Source of the DNA: Spirochaetia bacterium
GTDB taxonomy: Bacteria > Spirochaetota > Spirochaetia > UBA9216
Direction of reading: 5' to 3'
DNA length: 64,000 bases
Assembly: GCA_963677925.2 (NCBI GenBank)
Contig: CAXXYH010000004.1
Span: forward strand, 448,001 to 512,000
A program made the translations under genes and the position numbers. The stretch's first letter is position 1. The number at the start of each line of letters is the position of its first letter. Of this stretch, positions 1 to 9,784 are shown piece after piece. A model generated the notes under the pieces. That model had not been told where the DNA came from. It ran no database searches and worked only from the letters and a program-made list of their open reading frames with translations.

Positions 1-9
1 GAATAAGTG

Positions 10-474
10 ATGCCTTTGTTTAATGATGGTTCCGTCGTATGTGATCTCTCAAGTACGGAAAAATATGCAGCTATCCATGAATTGATTACCCGCGCTGACG
101 TTTTCAAAAAAATAGTTAACCCGTCACAGTTTGAAGAAATCGTAGTTAAACGGGAGAAAAAGCTGTCTACAGGACTTGGACACGGAGTTGCCTTCGCGCA
201 TGGTAAAACAGAGACAGTTGACGGGCTCTATGTTGCGCTTGGAATCTCAAAAGATGGAATCGAGTATCAATCCTTTGATGGAAAGCCTGTTCATCTGCTT
301 TTTGTTGTAGCAAATCCGCCTGACGGCCATGCAGAATACCTGAAATTAATATCCGCTCTCAGCAAACTGATCAGAGATGATGCATTCAAGGAAAAGGTTC
401 TCGCAATTAGAAATAACGTGATGCTTGAAAAACTATTTAAAACATCACTGGAACAGTTACAGATGAAATGCTGA
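10..474 (+). CDS. PTS IIA (Ntr/fructose-type) domain protein
   Basis: REKKLSTGLGHGVAFAHG phospho-His motif and 'FDGKPVHLLF' are typical of PTS_EIIA_2. Start is GTG 7 or ATG 10. Confidence 0.85.
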   Translation: MPLFNDGSVVCDLSSTEKYAAIHELITRADVFKKIVNPSQFEEIVVKREKKLSTGLGHGVAFAHGKTETVDGLYVALGISKDGIEYQSFDGKPVHLLFVVANPPDGHAEYLKLISALSKLIRDDAFKEKVLAIRNNVMLEKLFKTSLEQLQMKC

Positions 475-488
475 GTATAAAAGAAAAC

Positions 489-511
489 AGCCCGGATGGG
501 GCTTTTTTTTT
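489..511 (+). terminator. Rho-independent terminator after PTS IIA gene
   Basis: agccc-ggatg-gggct hairpin followed by a T-run. Confidence 0.65.
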
Positions 512-551
512 ACCCTGATTCTTTTAACACTTAAGAAATAAATTTACAGGC

Positions 552-584
552 AAAAAAAAACCCTGAAAATCGAAGATTTCAGGG
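552..584 (-). terminator. Rho-independent terminator of lysA
   Basis: ccctgaaa-N8-tttcaggg stem with an A9 run on the + strand (U-tract on the minus strand). Confidence 0.75.
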
Positions 585-624
585 ATTATGACAATTGCAA
601 AACTAACAGGGTTTTGCAGAAAGC

Positions 625-1878
625 TTAGAGTCCTGGATAGTCCAGAGTGGAAAAATAATCATCGACTGTTTCAGCTCTCCTGATTTTCTGTACTGAACCG
701 TCTTCCTTAAGCAGAAGTTCCGCACTTCTAAGTTTTCCGTTGTAATTAAAGCCCATTGCATAGCCGTGAGCGCCTGTATCATGAATAACCACAATGTCAC
801 CCGGCTCCATAACCGGTAATTCACGGTCAATGGCAAACTTATCGTTGTTTTCACAGAGCGAACCTGTCACATCAACAACTTCTTTGCTGGAGGACGTTTC
901 CTTTCCGACTACAGTGATGTGATGATATGCTCCGTAAAGGGCCGGCCTCATCAGGTTGGCCATAGAGGCATCAAGTCCGATGAATTTCTTGTAGGTTTCC
1001 TTACGGTGAAGGACCTTTGTTACAAGATAGCCGTAGGGGCCTGTGATCATTCTTCCCGATTCCATTACGATTTTAAGTCCGCTGTGTCCGTTTTTAACAA
1101 TCTTTTCCTCATAGAGTGCTTTGATTCCGTCTGAAACCTTCTGCATATCAACAGCATCCTGTTCTGGTCTGTAAGGAATACCGAAACCTCCGCCAAGGTT
1201 TACAAAATCAAATTTGATTCCCAGTTCTGCGGACAGTTCAATAATCAGATCGAAGAGGATGTCGGCGGTTTCAACAAAGTATTCCCAGTTAAGTTCATTT
1301 GAAGCAACCATGGTATGAAGGCCGAAGTTTTTAACACCCTTGTCCTTCATTCTTTTGTATCCCTCAAAAAGCTGTTCACGTGTAAATCCGTACTTGGCTT
1401 CCTCCGGCTTTCCAATGATTACATTTCCTTCCTTTAGCGGACCCGGATTATATCTGAAACAGATGCCCTCGGGGATCCCTGCAGTTTTTTCAAGATAATC
1501 GATGTGGCTGATATCATCCAGATTGATTATTGCATCAAGGTTTTTTGCTTCAATGTATTCATTTGCCGGAGTATCGTTTGATGTAAACATAATTTCATTA
1601 CCGGTCATGCCGACAGCCTTTGAAAGCATAAGCTCGGGTAAGGATGAACAGTCAGCCCCCATTCCCTCATCTTTAAGTATGTCCATCAGGTAGGGGTTCG
1701 GGGCGGCTTTTACGGCGTAGTAATTCTTGAATCCGCCGGGAACCCACTCGAAAGCCTTGTACAGGGCTTTGGCATTTGCCCTTATAGCTTTTTCATCGTA
1801 GATATGAAAGGGTGTTGGATATTCTTTTGTAATTTCTTCAAGCCGTTCTTTTGAAAACGGCAGTGTTTTGTCACTCAT
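625..1878 (-). CDS. lysA: Diaminopimelate decarboxylase
   Basis: YAVKA PLP-lysine motif, NLGGGFG, GSLCENND, TGAHGYAMGFNYN. Confidence 0.93.
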   Translation of the reverse strand: MSDKTLPFSKERLEEITKEYPTPFHIYDEKAIRANAKALYKAFEWVPGGFKNYYAVKAAPNPYLMDILKDEGMGADCSSLPELMLSKAVGMTGNEIMFTSNDTPANEYIEAKNLDAIINLDDISHIDYLEKTAGIPEGICFRYNPGPLKEGNVIIGKPEEAKYGFTREQLFEGYKRMKDKGVKNFGLHTMVASNELNWEYFVETADILFDLIIELSAELGIKFDFVNLGGGFGIPYRPEQDAVDMQKVSDGIKALYEEKIVKNGHSGLKIVMESGRMITGPYGYLVTKVLHRKETYKKFIGLDASMANLMRPALYGAYHHITVVGKETSSSKEVVDVTGSLCENNDKFAIDRELPVMEPGDIVVIHDTGAHGYAMGFNYNGKLRSAELLLKEDGSVQKIRRAETVDDYFSTLDYPGL

Positions 1879-1894
1879 TCTGACTCCTTGTTAT

Positions 1895-2818
1895 TCAGCA
1901 GCTGCAGCAAAGATCAACTGCAGCAATATTTTTTTTAAGTGCAAGTCTGCCCAGGTCGCCTCCGGCGTCCTTTGCAACAATTTCGCATTTTATCCTGAAA
2001 AGAAAATATGTCAATGGCAGCACTTCACCGAACAGGGTTTCGTAGTTGCCCTGGCCCTTGCTTATAACCAGATCTGCATTATCAAGTGCTGATTTAAACT
2101 CTGCGGATGTTTTTGCAAGTACGGTTCCTGCCGCAGCACATCCGGAATTTATCACCCTGCAGAGTTCTGTTATGCCGCTTGTTTCGGCATCCTCTTCAAG
2201 CACATCGTTTAATGCCGGGCCGCCTCTAACAACAAAGGTTATCTTCTTCTCCGGAAACTCCTTCAGTATTTCTTCGATAAACAAACGGTCAAATACTATT
2301 TCGCCGGCATTATCACCAAGATACACAAGGTTTTCTGCTTCTTTCAATGAAGAATAAAAAGAATTGAACTGAAATATTTCATCATCACTGATCGTTCCGT
2401 TTTCCAGGTTTTTTAATACCGGTTTGGAAAGTATTTCATCCAGAGCATCCTTTATATTAAGGTTGGCGTTTACTCCAAAATCGATCAGATTACCTGCAAT
2501 AGCAAGGCTGAGCGCTTCCTGAAGCGGATGTTCTGATTCAGAAATTCTTTTCTTTAAATCGGGAACAAGGCCTAATGCCGCCATATTACTTTTTCGCTTT
2601 ATCTCCATATAAGGATCGCGGATTCCGGAATAGCTGTGAATAATTGAAGTCATTCTTGCGGCCATCTCTACCGGTGTGATCGGCTTGATTGCATCAGGGA
2701 TTTCTCTAATCAGCTGGTAAAAACCTTTTTCAAGAACATCCTCTTCCAGCCCGCTTAGACGGGAAATTTTAAGATACTGGGATAGAAGACATACAGTACA
2801 GTCTGGTTTTGCTTTCAT
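1895..2818 (-). CDS. DUF89/ARMT1-like damage-control phosphatase
   Basis: N-terminal CxxC, IAGNLIDFG, DNAGE, KGQGNYE motifs. Confidence 0.9.
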   Translation of the reverse strand: MKAKPDCTVCLLSQYLKISRLSGLEEDVLEKGFYQLIREIPDAIKPITPVEMAARMTSIIHSYSGIRDPYMEIKRKSNMAALGLVPDLKKRISESEHPLQEALSLAIAGNLIDFGVNANLNIKDALDEILSKPVLKNLENGTISDDEIFQFNSFYSSLKEAENLVYLGDNAGEIVFDRLFIEEILKEFPEKKITFVVRGGPALNDVLEEDAETSGITELCRVINSGCAAAGTVLAKTSAEFKSALDNADLVISKGQGNYETLFGEVLPLTYFLFRIKCEIVAKDAGGDLGRLALKKNIAAVDLCCSC

Positions 2819-2917
2819 AATAAAAGTGATGTTAGCCTATCCTAACCAAAATTTCAAGAAGGCCTGTACTTATGCGCTAATCTTGCGTTGTTTTTCTTTA
2901 TAGGTTAATCTTGATAT

Positions 2918-3664
2918 ATGATAATAATTCCCGCAATAGATTTAATAGACGGCAAATGTGTAAGACTTTATAAAGGAAATTATGACAGCTCAACTGTCTA
3001 TAATGAGGATCCTGTAGAAACCGCCAAAGAATTTGAACAGGCCGGAGCAGTCAGGATTCATATAGTCGATTTGGACGCGGCCAGAGGCGGTTCCAACAAT
3101 AGAGATATAATAAAAAGAATAAAGAAGGAAGTTTCCTGCACGGTTGAAACCGGCGGCGGAATAAGAACTGAAGATGATATCAAAGAACTGATTGACTGCG
3201 GTATAGACAGGATGATAGCCGGAACGGTTTTCGCTAAAACTCCGGAAGTTGTTGCCGGATGGATTGAAACCTACGGAAAGAAGTTCATAGCTGGTATTGA
3301 TGCTCTTGACGGTGAAGTCCGTGTTTCCGGCTGGGAAAAAGGTTCAGGAGTTTCAGACTCTGAACTGTCCAGAAAAGCCGCCGAAATAGGAATTATCAGT
3401 ATTATCTACACAAACATCGCGAAGGACGGAACCCTCAGTGGACCGGATCTTGAAAACACTATAAGAATAACAAAAGAATCCGGACTGCCTTCAATTCTTT
3501 CCGGGGGAATAAGCAGCATTGATGATCTGAAGGCAGTAGCAGAGAACTCTGAAGCTTCCGGAATCCGCGGAATTATTACAGGAAAAGCGCTTTATGAAGG
3601 GCGTCTTGATCTGGTACAGGCTATAAAAGAATACCAGGATGAGGACTCAGATACAGGATGGTAG
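2918..3664 (+). CDS. hisA: ProFAR isomerase
   Basis: IIPAIDLIDGKCVRL, HIVDLD, GGGIR, DGTLSGPD. Confidence 0.95.
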   Translation: MIIIPAIDLIDGKCVRLYKGNYDSSTVYNEDPVETAKEFEQAGAVRIHIVDLDAARGGSNNRDIIKRIKKEVSCTVETGGGIRTEDDIKELIDCGIDRMIAGTVFAKTPEVVAGWIETYGKKFIAGIDALDGEVRVSGWEKGSGVSDSELSRKAAEIGIISIIYTNIAKDGTLSGPDLENTIRITKESGLPSILSGGISSIDDLKAVAENSEASGIRGIITGKALYEGRLDLVQAIKEYQDEDSDTGW

Positions 3665-3670
3665 GAATTA

Positions 3671-4219
3671 ATGGAAGATAAGGTAAAACCATATATTATT
3701 TTAAAAAATGGCGGCGGACTGCTGACAGTCCTGCAGACAAATGAAAAGGGTTATAAAAAAAGCATAGAAAATAATCAAATCTGGGCGGTTAACCCCGAAA
3801 CAGAAAGGCTTCTGCCTGAAGATCTGGGCGGCAATCCCACGGGATTCCGGGAAAGGACCGGCTGGTATGAAGCCGACTACAGTATTGCTGCGGCCGGAGA
3901 TGCTGCTGATGCAGCTTCAGGCGGTGAGGACGGTCCTGTTGCTGCTGATGATTATTCATTTCTTGCAAGGCTTTTTACCCTGATAAGTAAGAGAAAGCAG
4001 GAACTTCCTGAAGGTTCATATACAACCCATCTCTTCACATCCGGTGAAGAAAAAATCAGAAAAAAAACCGGTGAAGAGGCAGTTGAGCTTCTTCTGGCAC
4101 GCAGCCGGGAAGAGATAATCTATGAATCAGCAGATCTCGTATACCACATGATGGTTTTTCTTGCAGAAAAAGGAATTGGTTTTAATGAAATTGTTTCCGA
4201 GCTTCAGAGCCGGGAATAG
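3671..4219 (+). CDS. hisE: Phosphoribosyl-ATP diphosphatase with degenerate HisI-like N-terminus
   Basis: C-terminal SYTTHLF...KKTGEEAVE...ESADLVYH HisE motif; the N-terminus lacks the HisI cysteines. Confidence 0.88.
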   Translation: MEDKVKPYIILKNGGGLLTVLQTNEKGYKKSIENNQIWAVNPETERLLPEDLGGNPTGFRERTGWYEADYSIAAAGDAADAASGGEDGPVAADDYSFLARLFTLISKRKQELPEGSYTTHLFTSGEEKIRKKTGEEAVELLLARSREEIIYESADLVYHMMVFLAEKGIGFNEIVSELQSRE

Positions 4220-4228
4220 GGAGGAAGG

Positions 4229-5119
4229 ATGAAATTAGGGTCGATGGAATGGGATTATAAGAACAATCCGCTCCTGGCTGACGGCGCCTGGGGTACTGAA
4301 CTTATAAAAAGAGGTCTTGAACAGGGCAACTGTCCGGAAGAATGGAATGTAATAAGGCCTGATGATGTGAAAGCGATAGCGGAAGCATATGCGAAAGCCG
4401 GCAGCAATATCGTACTGACCAATACTTTCGGCGGTAACCGCATAAAGCTGGAGCATTACGGATTTGCAGATCGTGTCCGTGAATTCAATATTGCCGGTGC
4501 GGAACTCTCAAAGGCCGGAGCAGGCGAGGGCGTCCTGATTGCCGGAGATATCAGTTCAACAGGAAAGATGCTGGTAATGGGAGAGGTTACTTCCGAGCAG
4601 CTTTATCAGGTTTATGCCGAGCAGACCCTTGCTCTTAAAGAAGGCGGAGTAGATTTGATACTCGTTGAAACGATGACTGATATGGATGAAATGGCAATTG
4701 CTGTAAAGGCCGCGGCAACCGAGACCGGACTTCCGGTAATCTCTTCAATGACTTATGAAAAAATGAAGGACGGTACATACCGTACAATTATGGGAAATAC
4801 AGCGGAAGCCTGTGTAAGGGCAGCGGCTGAAGCGGGTGCCGTTATTGCCGGAGCCAATTGCGGCAGCGGAATAAATGAGTATGTGGAACTGGCAAAGACC
4901 CTCTGCGAACTCAACATTCTTCCTGTCTGGATCAAGGCAAACGCCGGTCTGCCTGAGATGACTGAAAACGGTGTTGTTTACCGGATGAATACTGCAGATT
5001 TTGCCTCCTATATACCGGAACTATTGGATGCCGGTGTTGCGGTTGTCGGCGGATGCTGCGGAACCACTCCGGAGTTCATCAAAGAGGTTAAATCGGTACT
5101 GGAGAAACATGCAAAGTAA
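4229..5119 (+). CDS. Homocysteine S-methyltransferase family protein (stand-alone MetH Hcy-binding domain)
   Basis: DGAWGTEL, GANCG, NAGLP, GGCCGTTP zinc motif. Confidence 0.9.
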   Translation: MKLGSMEWDYKNNPLLADGAWGTELIKRGLEQGNCPEEWNVIRPDDVKAIAEAYAKAGSNIVLTNTFGGNRIKLEHYGFADRVREFNIAGAELSKAGAGEGVLIAGDISSTGKMLVMGEVTSEQLYQVYAEQTLALKEGGVDLILVETMTDMDEMAIAVKAAATETGLPVISSMTYEKMKDGTYRTIMGNTAEACVRAAAEAGAVIAGANCGSGINEYVELAKTLCELNILPVWIKANAGLPEMTENGVVYRMNTADFASYIPELLDAGVAVVGGCCGTTPEFIKEVKSVLEKHAK

Positions 5120-6986
5120 ATATCTGGAACGGCTTAAAAACGGAATGGTTCTCTTTGACAGCGCCATGGGGACCGCTCTTTATGAAAAAGGAGTTTTCAT
5201 TAACCGCTGTTTTGAAGAAATAAATGTAACAAACCCGGAAAAGGTTCTGGAAATACATCTGAATAACCTTGAAGCCGGAGCACAGCTTCTTACTGTTAAT
5301 TCCTTCGGTGCAAACTCTGTAAAACTCGGCGGCTATAACATGGCTGAAAGAACCGAGGAGTTTAACAGGGCCGCAGTCAGTATAGCAAAAGAGGCTATTG
5401 CTAAAAGCGGGATGGAGGATATCCTTATCGCCGGTTCTGTCGGCCCTCTGGGAAAGAGGATTGAACCCTTCGGAAAGATGAAGAGGGAAGACGCTTCAAA
5501 GGTTTTTATGGAGCAGATTTCTTATCTCTGCGATGCCGGAGTTGATCTTGTCCTGCTTGAAACCTTCAGGGATATGGAAGAGCTGCTGCTGGCCGCAGCT
5601 GCTGCCCGTGCTGTTTCCATGGATGTTGCTGTCGAAGCACATTACAGCATGGGCCCTCCGTCAGGACATACCTCCGGAGGTGTCCTCGAAGACTATTCAA
5701 CTGTCTATCTTAAAAAGGCGCTGGAAAAGGCGATAAGACTTGATAACTGTCCGGATGTTGATGTAATAGGAACAAACTGCGGAGTAGGTCCCGCTGATAT
5801 GCTTGAGATTCTCAATGCTGTCCGGACTCATGTCAAAAAGCCCTTTGTTGTCATGCCCAATGCAGGCTTTCCCCGTGATGTTGACGGACGGCAGATTTAC
5901 CTGGCCGACCCGGACTACTTCTCTGAATATGCGCTTAAATTCCTTGATGCCGGAGCTGCGGCTGTAGGCGGATGCTGCGGAACAACTCATGAACATATCA
6001 GAAAGATGGGAAAGGCTGTCCTGAATCTGTCCTCAGGACGAAAGGCCTTTGCTTTCCAGCAGGTTGAAGAATCTGATCATGCAGAAGAACCCACGCCCCT
6101 GGGCGAGCGTTCCAAACTTGGTGCAAAGCTTGCAGCTGGTGAATGGGTTACAACAATTGAACTGATTCCGCCTATGGGAACTGATCTTACACGGATTATT
6201 GACAGAACAAAGTCGCTGGCATTGCCTGAGGTAACCTGCGTTAACCTCCCAGACGGACCACGCGCATCATCAAGAATTTCTTCAATAATTACAGCTTTGG
6301 AAATTCTCAGGAATACAGGAGTTGAACCGATTCTTCATTACTGCTGCCGTGACAAGAACCTGATTGCAATGCAGGCGGATCTGCTTGGCTGTGAATCTGT
6401 CGGTATAAAGAATCTGCTTATTGTTACCGGAGATCCGCCAAAGGTTGGAAATTATCCTGATGTAACAGGGGTATTTGATGTTGATGCCATCGGGCTTCTG
6501 AGTCTTGCCTCACGGCTGAACACCGGAATCGATCTTGGAGGAACCCCTCTTGGCGGCAAGACTTCATTTGTGAAGGGCGCGGGAGTAAACCCTGCTGCAG
6601 TCGCTCTGGATGTTGAGATTGAACGTGCTTACAGGAAGGCTGAAGCGGGTGCGGAGTATTTTATTACCCAGCCGGTGTTTGAAACTGATCTGATTCTGAA
6701 TTTTATTGACTCGGTTAAGGATACAGGGGTTCCGGTAATTGTCGGAGTATGGCCGCTTGCGTCGTATAGAAATGCCCTTTTCCTCAATAACGAGGTCCCG
6801 GGAGTAAGTATCCCCGAATCAATTATGAAACGAATGGAAGAACGTCCTGATAAGGAAACGGCAAGAGCCGAAGGTGTTAAGATTGCAAGAGAAATTGTCG
6901 ATGCAGTCAGGGCCTCCTCAGCCGGAATTCAGGTAAGTCCTCCCTTTGGAAATATACAAACTGCTCTTGATGTAATCAGAGATTAA
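5109..6986 (+). CDS. yitJ: Bifunctional homocysteine S-methyltransferase/5,10-methylenetetrahydrofolate reductase
   Basis: N-terminal GTNCG/GGCCGT domain plus C-terminal MTHFR domain (CRDKN, TGDPP, ITQPVF). Start moved to ATG 5109, after a GGAG RBS. Confidence 0.9.
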   Translation: MQSKYLERLKNGMVLFDSAMGTALYEKGVFINRCFEEINVTNPEKVLEIHLNNLEAGAQLLTVNSFGANSVKLGGYNMAERTEEFNRAAVSIAKEAIAKSGMEDILIAGSVGPLGKRIEPFGKMKREDASKVFMEQISYLCDAGVDLVLLETFRDMEELLLAAAAARAVSMDVAVEAHYSMGPPSGHTSGGVLEDYSTVYLKKALEKAIRLDNCPDVDVIGTNCGVGPADMLEILNAVRTHVKKPFVVMPNAGFPRDVDGRQIYLADPDYFSEYALKFLDAGAAAVGGCCGTTHEHIRKMGKAVLNLSSGRKAFAFQQVEESDHAEEPTPLGERSKLGAKLAAGEWVTTIELIPPMGTDLTRIIDRTKSLALPEVTCVNLPDGPRASSRISSIITALEILRNTGVEPILHYCCRDKNLIAMQADLLGCESVGIKNLLIVTGDPPKVGNYPDVTGVFDVDAIGLLSLASRLNTGIDLGGTPLGGKTSFVKGAGVNPAAVALDVEIERAYRKAEAGAEYFITQPVFETDLILNFIDSVKDTGVPVIVGVWPLASYRNALFLNNEVPGVSIPESIMKRMEERPDKETARAEGVKIAREIVDAVRASSAGIQVSPPFGNIQTALDVIRD

Positions 6987-7002
6987 ATAATAGGAGTTGT
7001 GT

Positions 7003-7455
7003 ATGAAAACTAAGCAGAATATCAGCCTGCAGGAAATCACGGAAGATACTTTATCAGATATTCTATCACTTGAAGTAAATGAAGCTCAGCAGCATCTGAT
7101 CACAAGTAATGCTAAATCAATCGCTCAGGCTCACTTTTCCAGGTACTCATGGATGCGAGCCGTCTATGCCGGTGAAGTAGCGGTCGGCTTTATCCTGCTT
7201 TACCTTGAGCCGAATAAACCCAGATATGAAATCTGGAGGTTTATGATAGACAAGGACTATCAGGGCCTTGGTTACGGACGGATAGCAATGGAGCTGGTAA
7301 TTGAGTTTGTGAAGGATTTACCGGGCAGTACTGAAATCAATCTCTGCTATGTTCCTGAAAAGGGCAACTCCTCCGGCTTTTTCAAGAAGCTCGGTTTTGT
7401 TGATTCCGGAGAATTTCACGGAAATGAAAAAGAGATGAAGCTGGAACTTCTTTGA
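7003..7455 (+). CDS. GNAT family N-acetyltransferase (polyamine acetyltransferase-like)
   Basis: RFMIDKDYQGLGYG acetyl-CoA motif, FFKKLGF; AGGAG RBS upstream of ATG 7003. Confidence 0.85.
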   Translation: MKTKQNISLQEITEDTLSDILSLEVNEAQQHLITSNAKSIAQAHFSRYSWMRAVYAGEVAVGFILLYLEPNKPRYEIWRFMIDKDYQGLGYGRIAMELVIEFVKDLPGSTEINLCYVPEKGNSSGFFKKLGFVDSGEFHGNEKEMKLELL

Positions 7456-7934
7456 AAAAGCTTACACTCATCCGTCATGCCTCCGCTGTAGATTACAGCA
7501 ATGACGGTGATTTCGGACGGGTTCTTAAAAAAAAGGGAATAAGGCAGGCTGAAAAGCTTGCCCTGTACTTTTCGGAAAATAATATATGCTGTGACCTGTT
7601 TGTTTCCAGTAATGCAGCCAGAGCCAGGGAAACAGCAGAAATAGTTTATAATTCAATAGCCCCGGGCTGCGGGCTGCAGACTCTGCTTCTTTCAGAAGAG
7701 CTTTACCTGCCTTCCGCCGGTCAGCTTTTTGATTTTTTCAATGAACTGGACGGAAATCCTGACAGTATTTTTCTTTGTTCACATAATAACGGAATAAGTG
7801 ATTTTGCACAGATAACCTGCTCAAAGGGCGGCATTATGATGCCGACAGGATCTGCTGTAATAATAGAATGTGATATTGAAAACTGGCAGGAGCTTGAACC
7901 GGGAAAGGGCCGGCTGCTGGAATTCCTATCCTGA
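7452..7934 (+). CDS. sixA: Histidine phosphatase SixA-like
   Basis: LIRHA, SSNAARARETA, SHNNG motifs; TTG start overlapping the GNAT stop. Confidence 0.8.
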   Translation: MKKLTLIRHASAVDYSNDGDFGRVLKKKGIRQAEKLALYFSENNICCDLFVSSNAARARETAEIVYNSIAPGCGLQTLLLSEELYLPSAGQLFDFFNELDGNPDSIFLCSHNNGISDFAQITCSKGGIMMPTGSAVIIECDIENWQELEPGKGRLLEFLS

Positions 7935-8006
7935 ATCCGGCAGACTCAGCTATGCATTGTGTTAGCAATGTAAAAATATAGCTTTAAAAAGAGCCTATTA
8001 CGCAGT

Positions 8007-8915
8007 TTAAAGCTCTATTACATTACCTTCCCGGGCCAGATCAATTTCCATGCTGTAGTTCTGATATTTCTTCCTGTATAAATCAAGCAGACTTTCAAGG
8101 TTTTCATCATCCCTTTCCATAGCATGATGGAACAGGAATAGTTTTTTTACGTTATTATCACCGGCATTTTTAATTGTCCATTCAAAAGAGGAATGTCCCC
8201 AGCCTTTAAAATTCTTTATCAGTTCTTCCTGGGTGTACTGGCTGTCATGCACAAGAACGTCTGATCCGGCATAGAAGTCGCATAGTTCCTGGTTTGCCTC
8301 ATCTGCAGCCAGCCGTCCCTCTTCCGCAGCCATCTCATCATAAGAGGGGTCTTCCGGGTCTTCCGGAAAAAGATTGAAAAAGGGCTCGGTGTCATATGCT
8401 GTGGTAAAGGATTTTCCTTCATACTCAAAGCGGTAGCCGAGAGTAAGTATCGGGTGGTTGAGGTAATGAGTTTTTAAAACCAGCCCGTCGCCGAGATCCA
8501 TAACCCCCTGCTGCAGATGGTGATATTTGATTGTCGCACTCAGCTCGGAGTGCTTAACCGGAAAGTACCTGTATGAGAACTGATCAGAAATAATCTTCTC
8601 AAGACCTTCCTCTTCATAGGTAACAGGTCCGTAAATATCAATATTTATGCCTTTAATATAAATCGGAGTAAAATAGGGCAGGCCCATTATATGATCCGAA
8701 TGTGTATGTGTAAGGAAAATACGTATGTTCTTTGGACAACCGTTTTTCATAAGCTGATTTCCAAGAAGTCGAATTCCGGAGCCTGCATCGATGATTATCA
8801 GTTCATCCCTGTCTCCGTATCTGAACTCAATACAGGCGGTGTTTCCGCCGATTCTAACTGTCCCGGGGCCCGGACAGGGTGTGGAGCCTCTGACTCCCCA
8901 GAAACGGATTTTCAT
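8007..8915 (-). CDS. MBL-fold metallohydrolase (phosphodiesterase-like)
   Basis: FWGVRGS..GGNTAC, THTHSDH, WGHSS, LFHH. Confidence 0.9.
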   Translation of the reverse strand: MKIRFWGVRGSTPCPGPGTVRIGGNTACIEFRYGDRDELIIIDAGSGIRLLGNQLMKNGCPKNIRIFLTHTHSDHIMGLPYFTPIYIKGINIDIYGPVTYEEEGLEKIISDQFSYRYFPVKHSELSATIKYHHLQQGVMDLGDGLVLKTHYLNHPILTLGYRFEYEGKSFTTAYDTEPFFNLFPEDPEDPSYDEMAAEEGRLAADEANQELCDFYAGSDVLVHDSQYTQEELIKNFKGWGHSSFEWTIKNAGDNNVKKLFLFHHAMERDDENLESLLDLYRKKYQNYSMEIDLAREGNVIEL

Positions 8916-8929
8916 CTAAAACCTCCGGA

Positions 8930-9784
8930 TTATTGGGAGAGCTTAAGGAAAACTCTCGCCTTATCAATTTCCGCCTTTATTTCATCCTGAAGCGGTTCAA
9001 TCTCATCAAACTGTATCCCCAGCTGATTATATACTTCGGGTGCCGGTTCTACAGGGTGCCGGTTGCCGGCGAATCCTCGTTCGAAATACAGAGAGGCAAA
9101 ATCGGCGATAGATACAGCATATACAACCTTTTTATATTCACCTTCATATTCACCGGAATTGTGATGGTATCGGGTTGCGTCAGCAATTCCGCCCTCAATT
9201 TTCCATGCTGATGATATCATTTCACCTGTTTCCTGATGGTCAAAGCCGAAAAGACTCATCTCAATCAGATGAAGCGGTGTTTTTTCCATGTCCGATTTTG
9301 AAATGGCCGCGAGGTATTCATTAGGAAAACATCGGGTGATTGGAATCTTTCCAATATCATGCAGGAGTCCGGCAATAAAGTATTCTTCGAGGGTTTTCGG
9401 ATCTGCTTTAATCTTTTTTGCTATCAACTTGGAAATAACACCGGTACAGAGTGAATGCTCCCAAAAACCGTCCATATCAATAGGACCCTGAGGCCCTTTT
9501 GAAGACATGTTTGCAAGTATTGCCGTACTCAATGCAAGATTTTTAACCGTGTTAAGGCCCAGAAGTATAATTGCTCTTACAAGGGAGTTGATCTTGTTCG
9601 GCCGGCTGTAATAGGCTGAATTAATCAGCTGCATTACTTTGCCCATAAGAACCGGATCCATGCTGATTATTTTATTCAGATCTGCAGGTGATGCTTTGGG
9701 ATCATTGCAGACTTCCATTACCCTGGTTACTGTTGCCGGGAGGCTCGGCATTTTATTTATATAATTGGTAATTTTATTCTTCAT
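8930..9784 (-). CDS. HDOD domain protein
   Basis: MPSLP, DPVL...NSAYY, FWEHS, GLLHDIGK, RYHH. Start is probably ATG 9784, after GGGAG. Confidence 0.9.
   Translation of the reverse strand: MKNKITNYINKMPSLPATVTRVMEVCNDPKASPADLNKIISMDPVLMGKVMQLINSAYYSRPNKINSLVRAIILLGLNTVKNLALSTAILANMSSKGPQGPIDMDGFWEHSLCTGVISKLIAKKIKADPKTLEEYFIAGLLHDIGKIPITRCFPNEYLAAISKSDMEKTPLHLIEMSLFGFDHQETGEMISSAWKIEGGIADATRYHHNSGEYEGEYKKVVYAVSIADFASLYFERGFAGNRHPVEPAPEVYNQLGIQFDEIEPLQDEIKAEIDKARVFLKLSQ

Noticed and set aside
5001-5108. N-terminal extension of the 661-aa ORF
   Set aside because: It lies inside the upstream gene; ATG 5109 has the RBS and marks the domain start.
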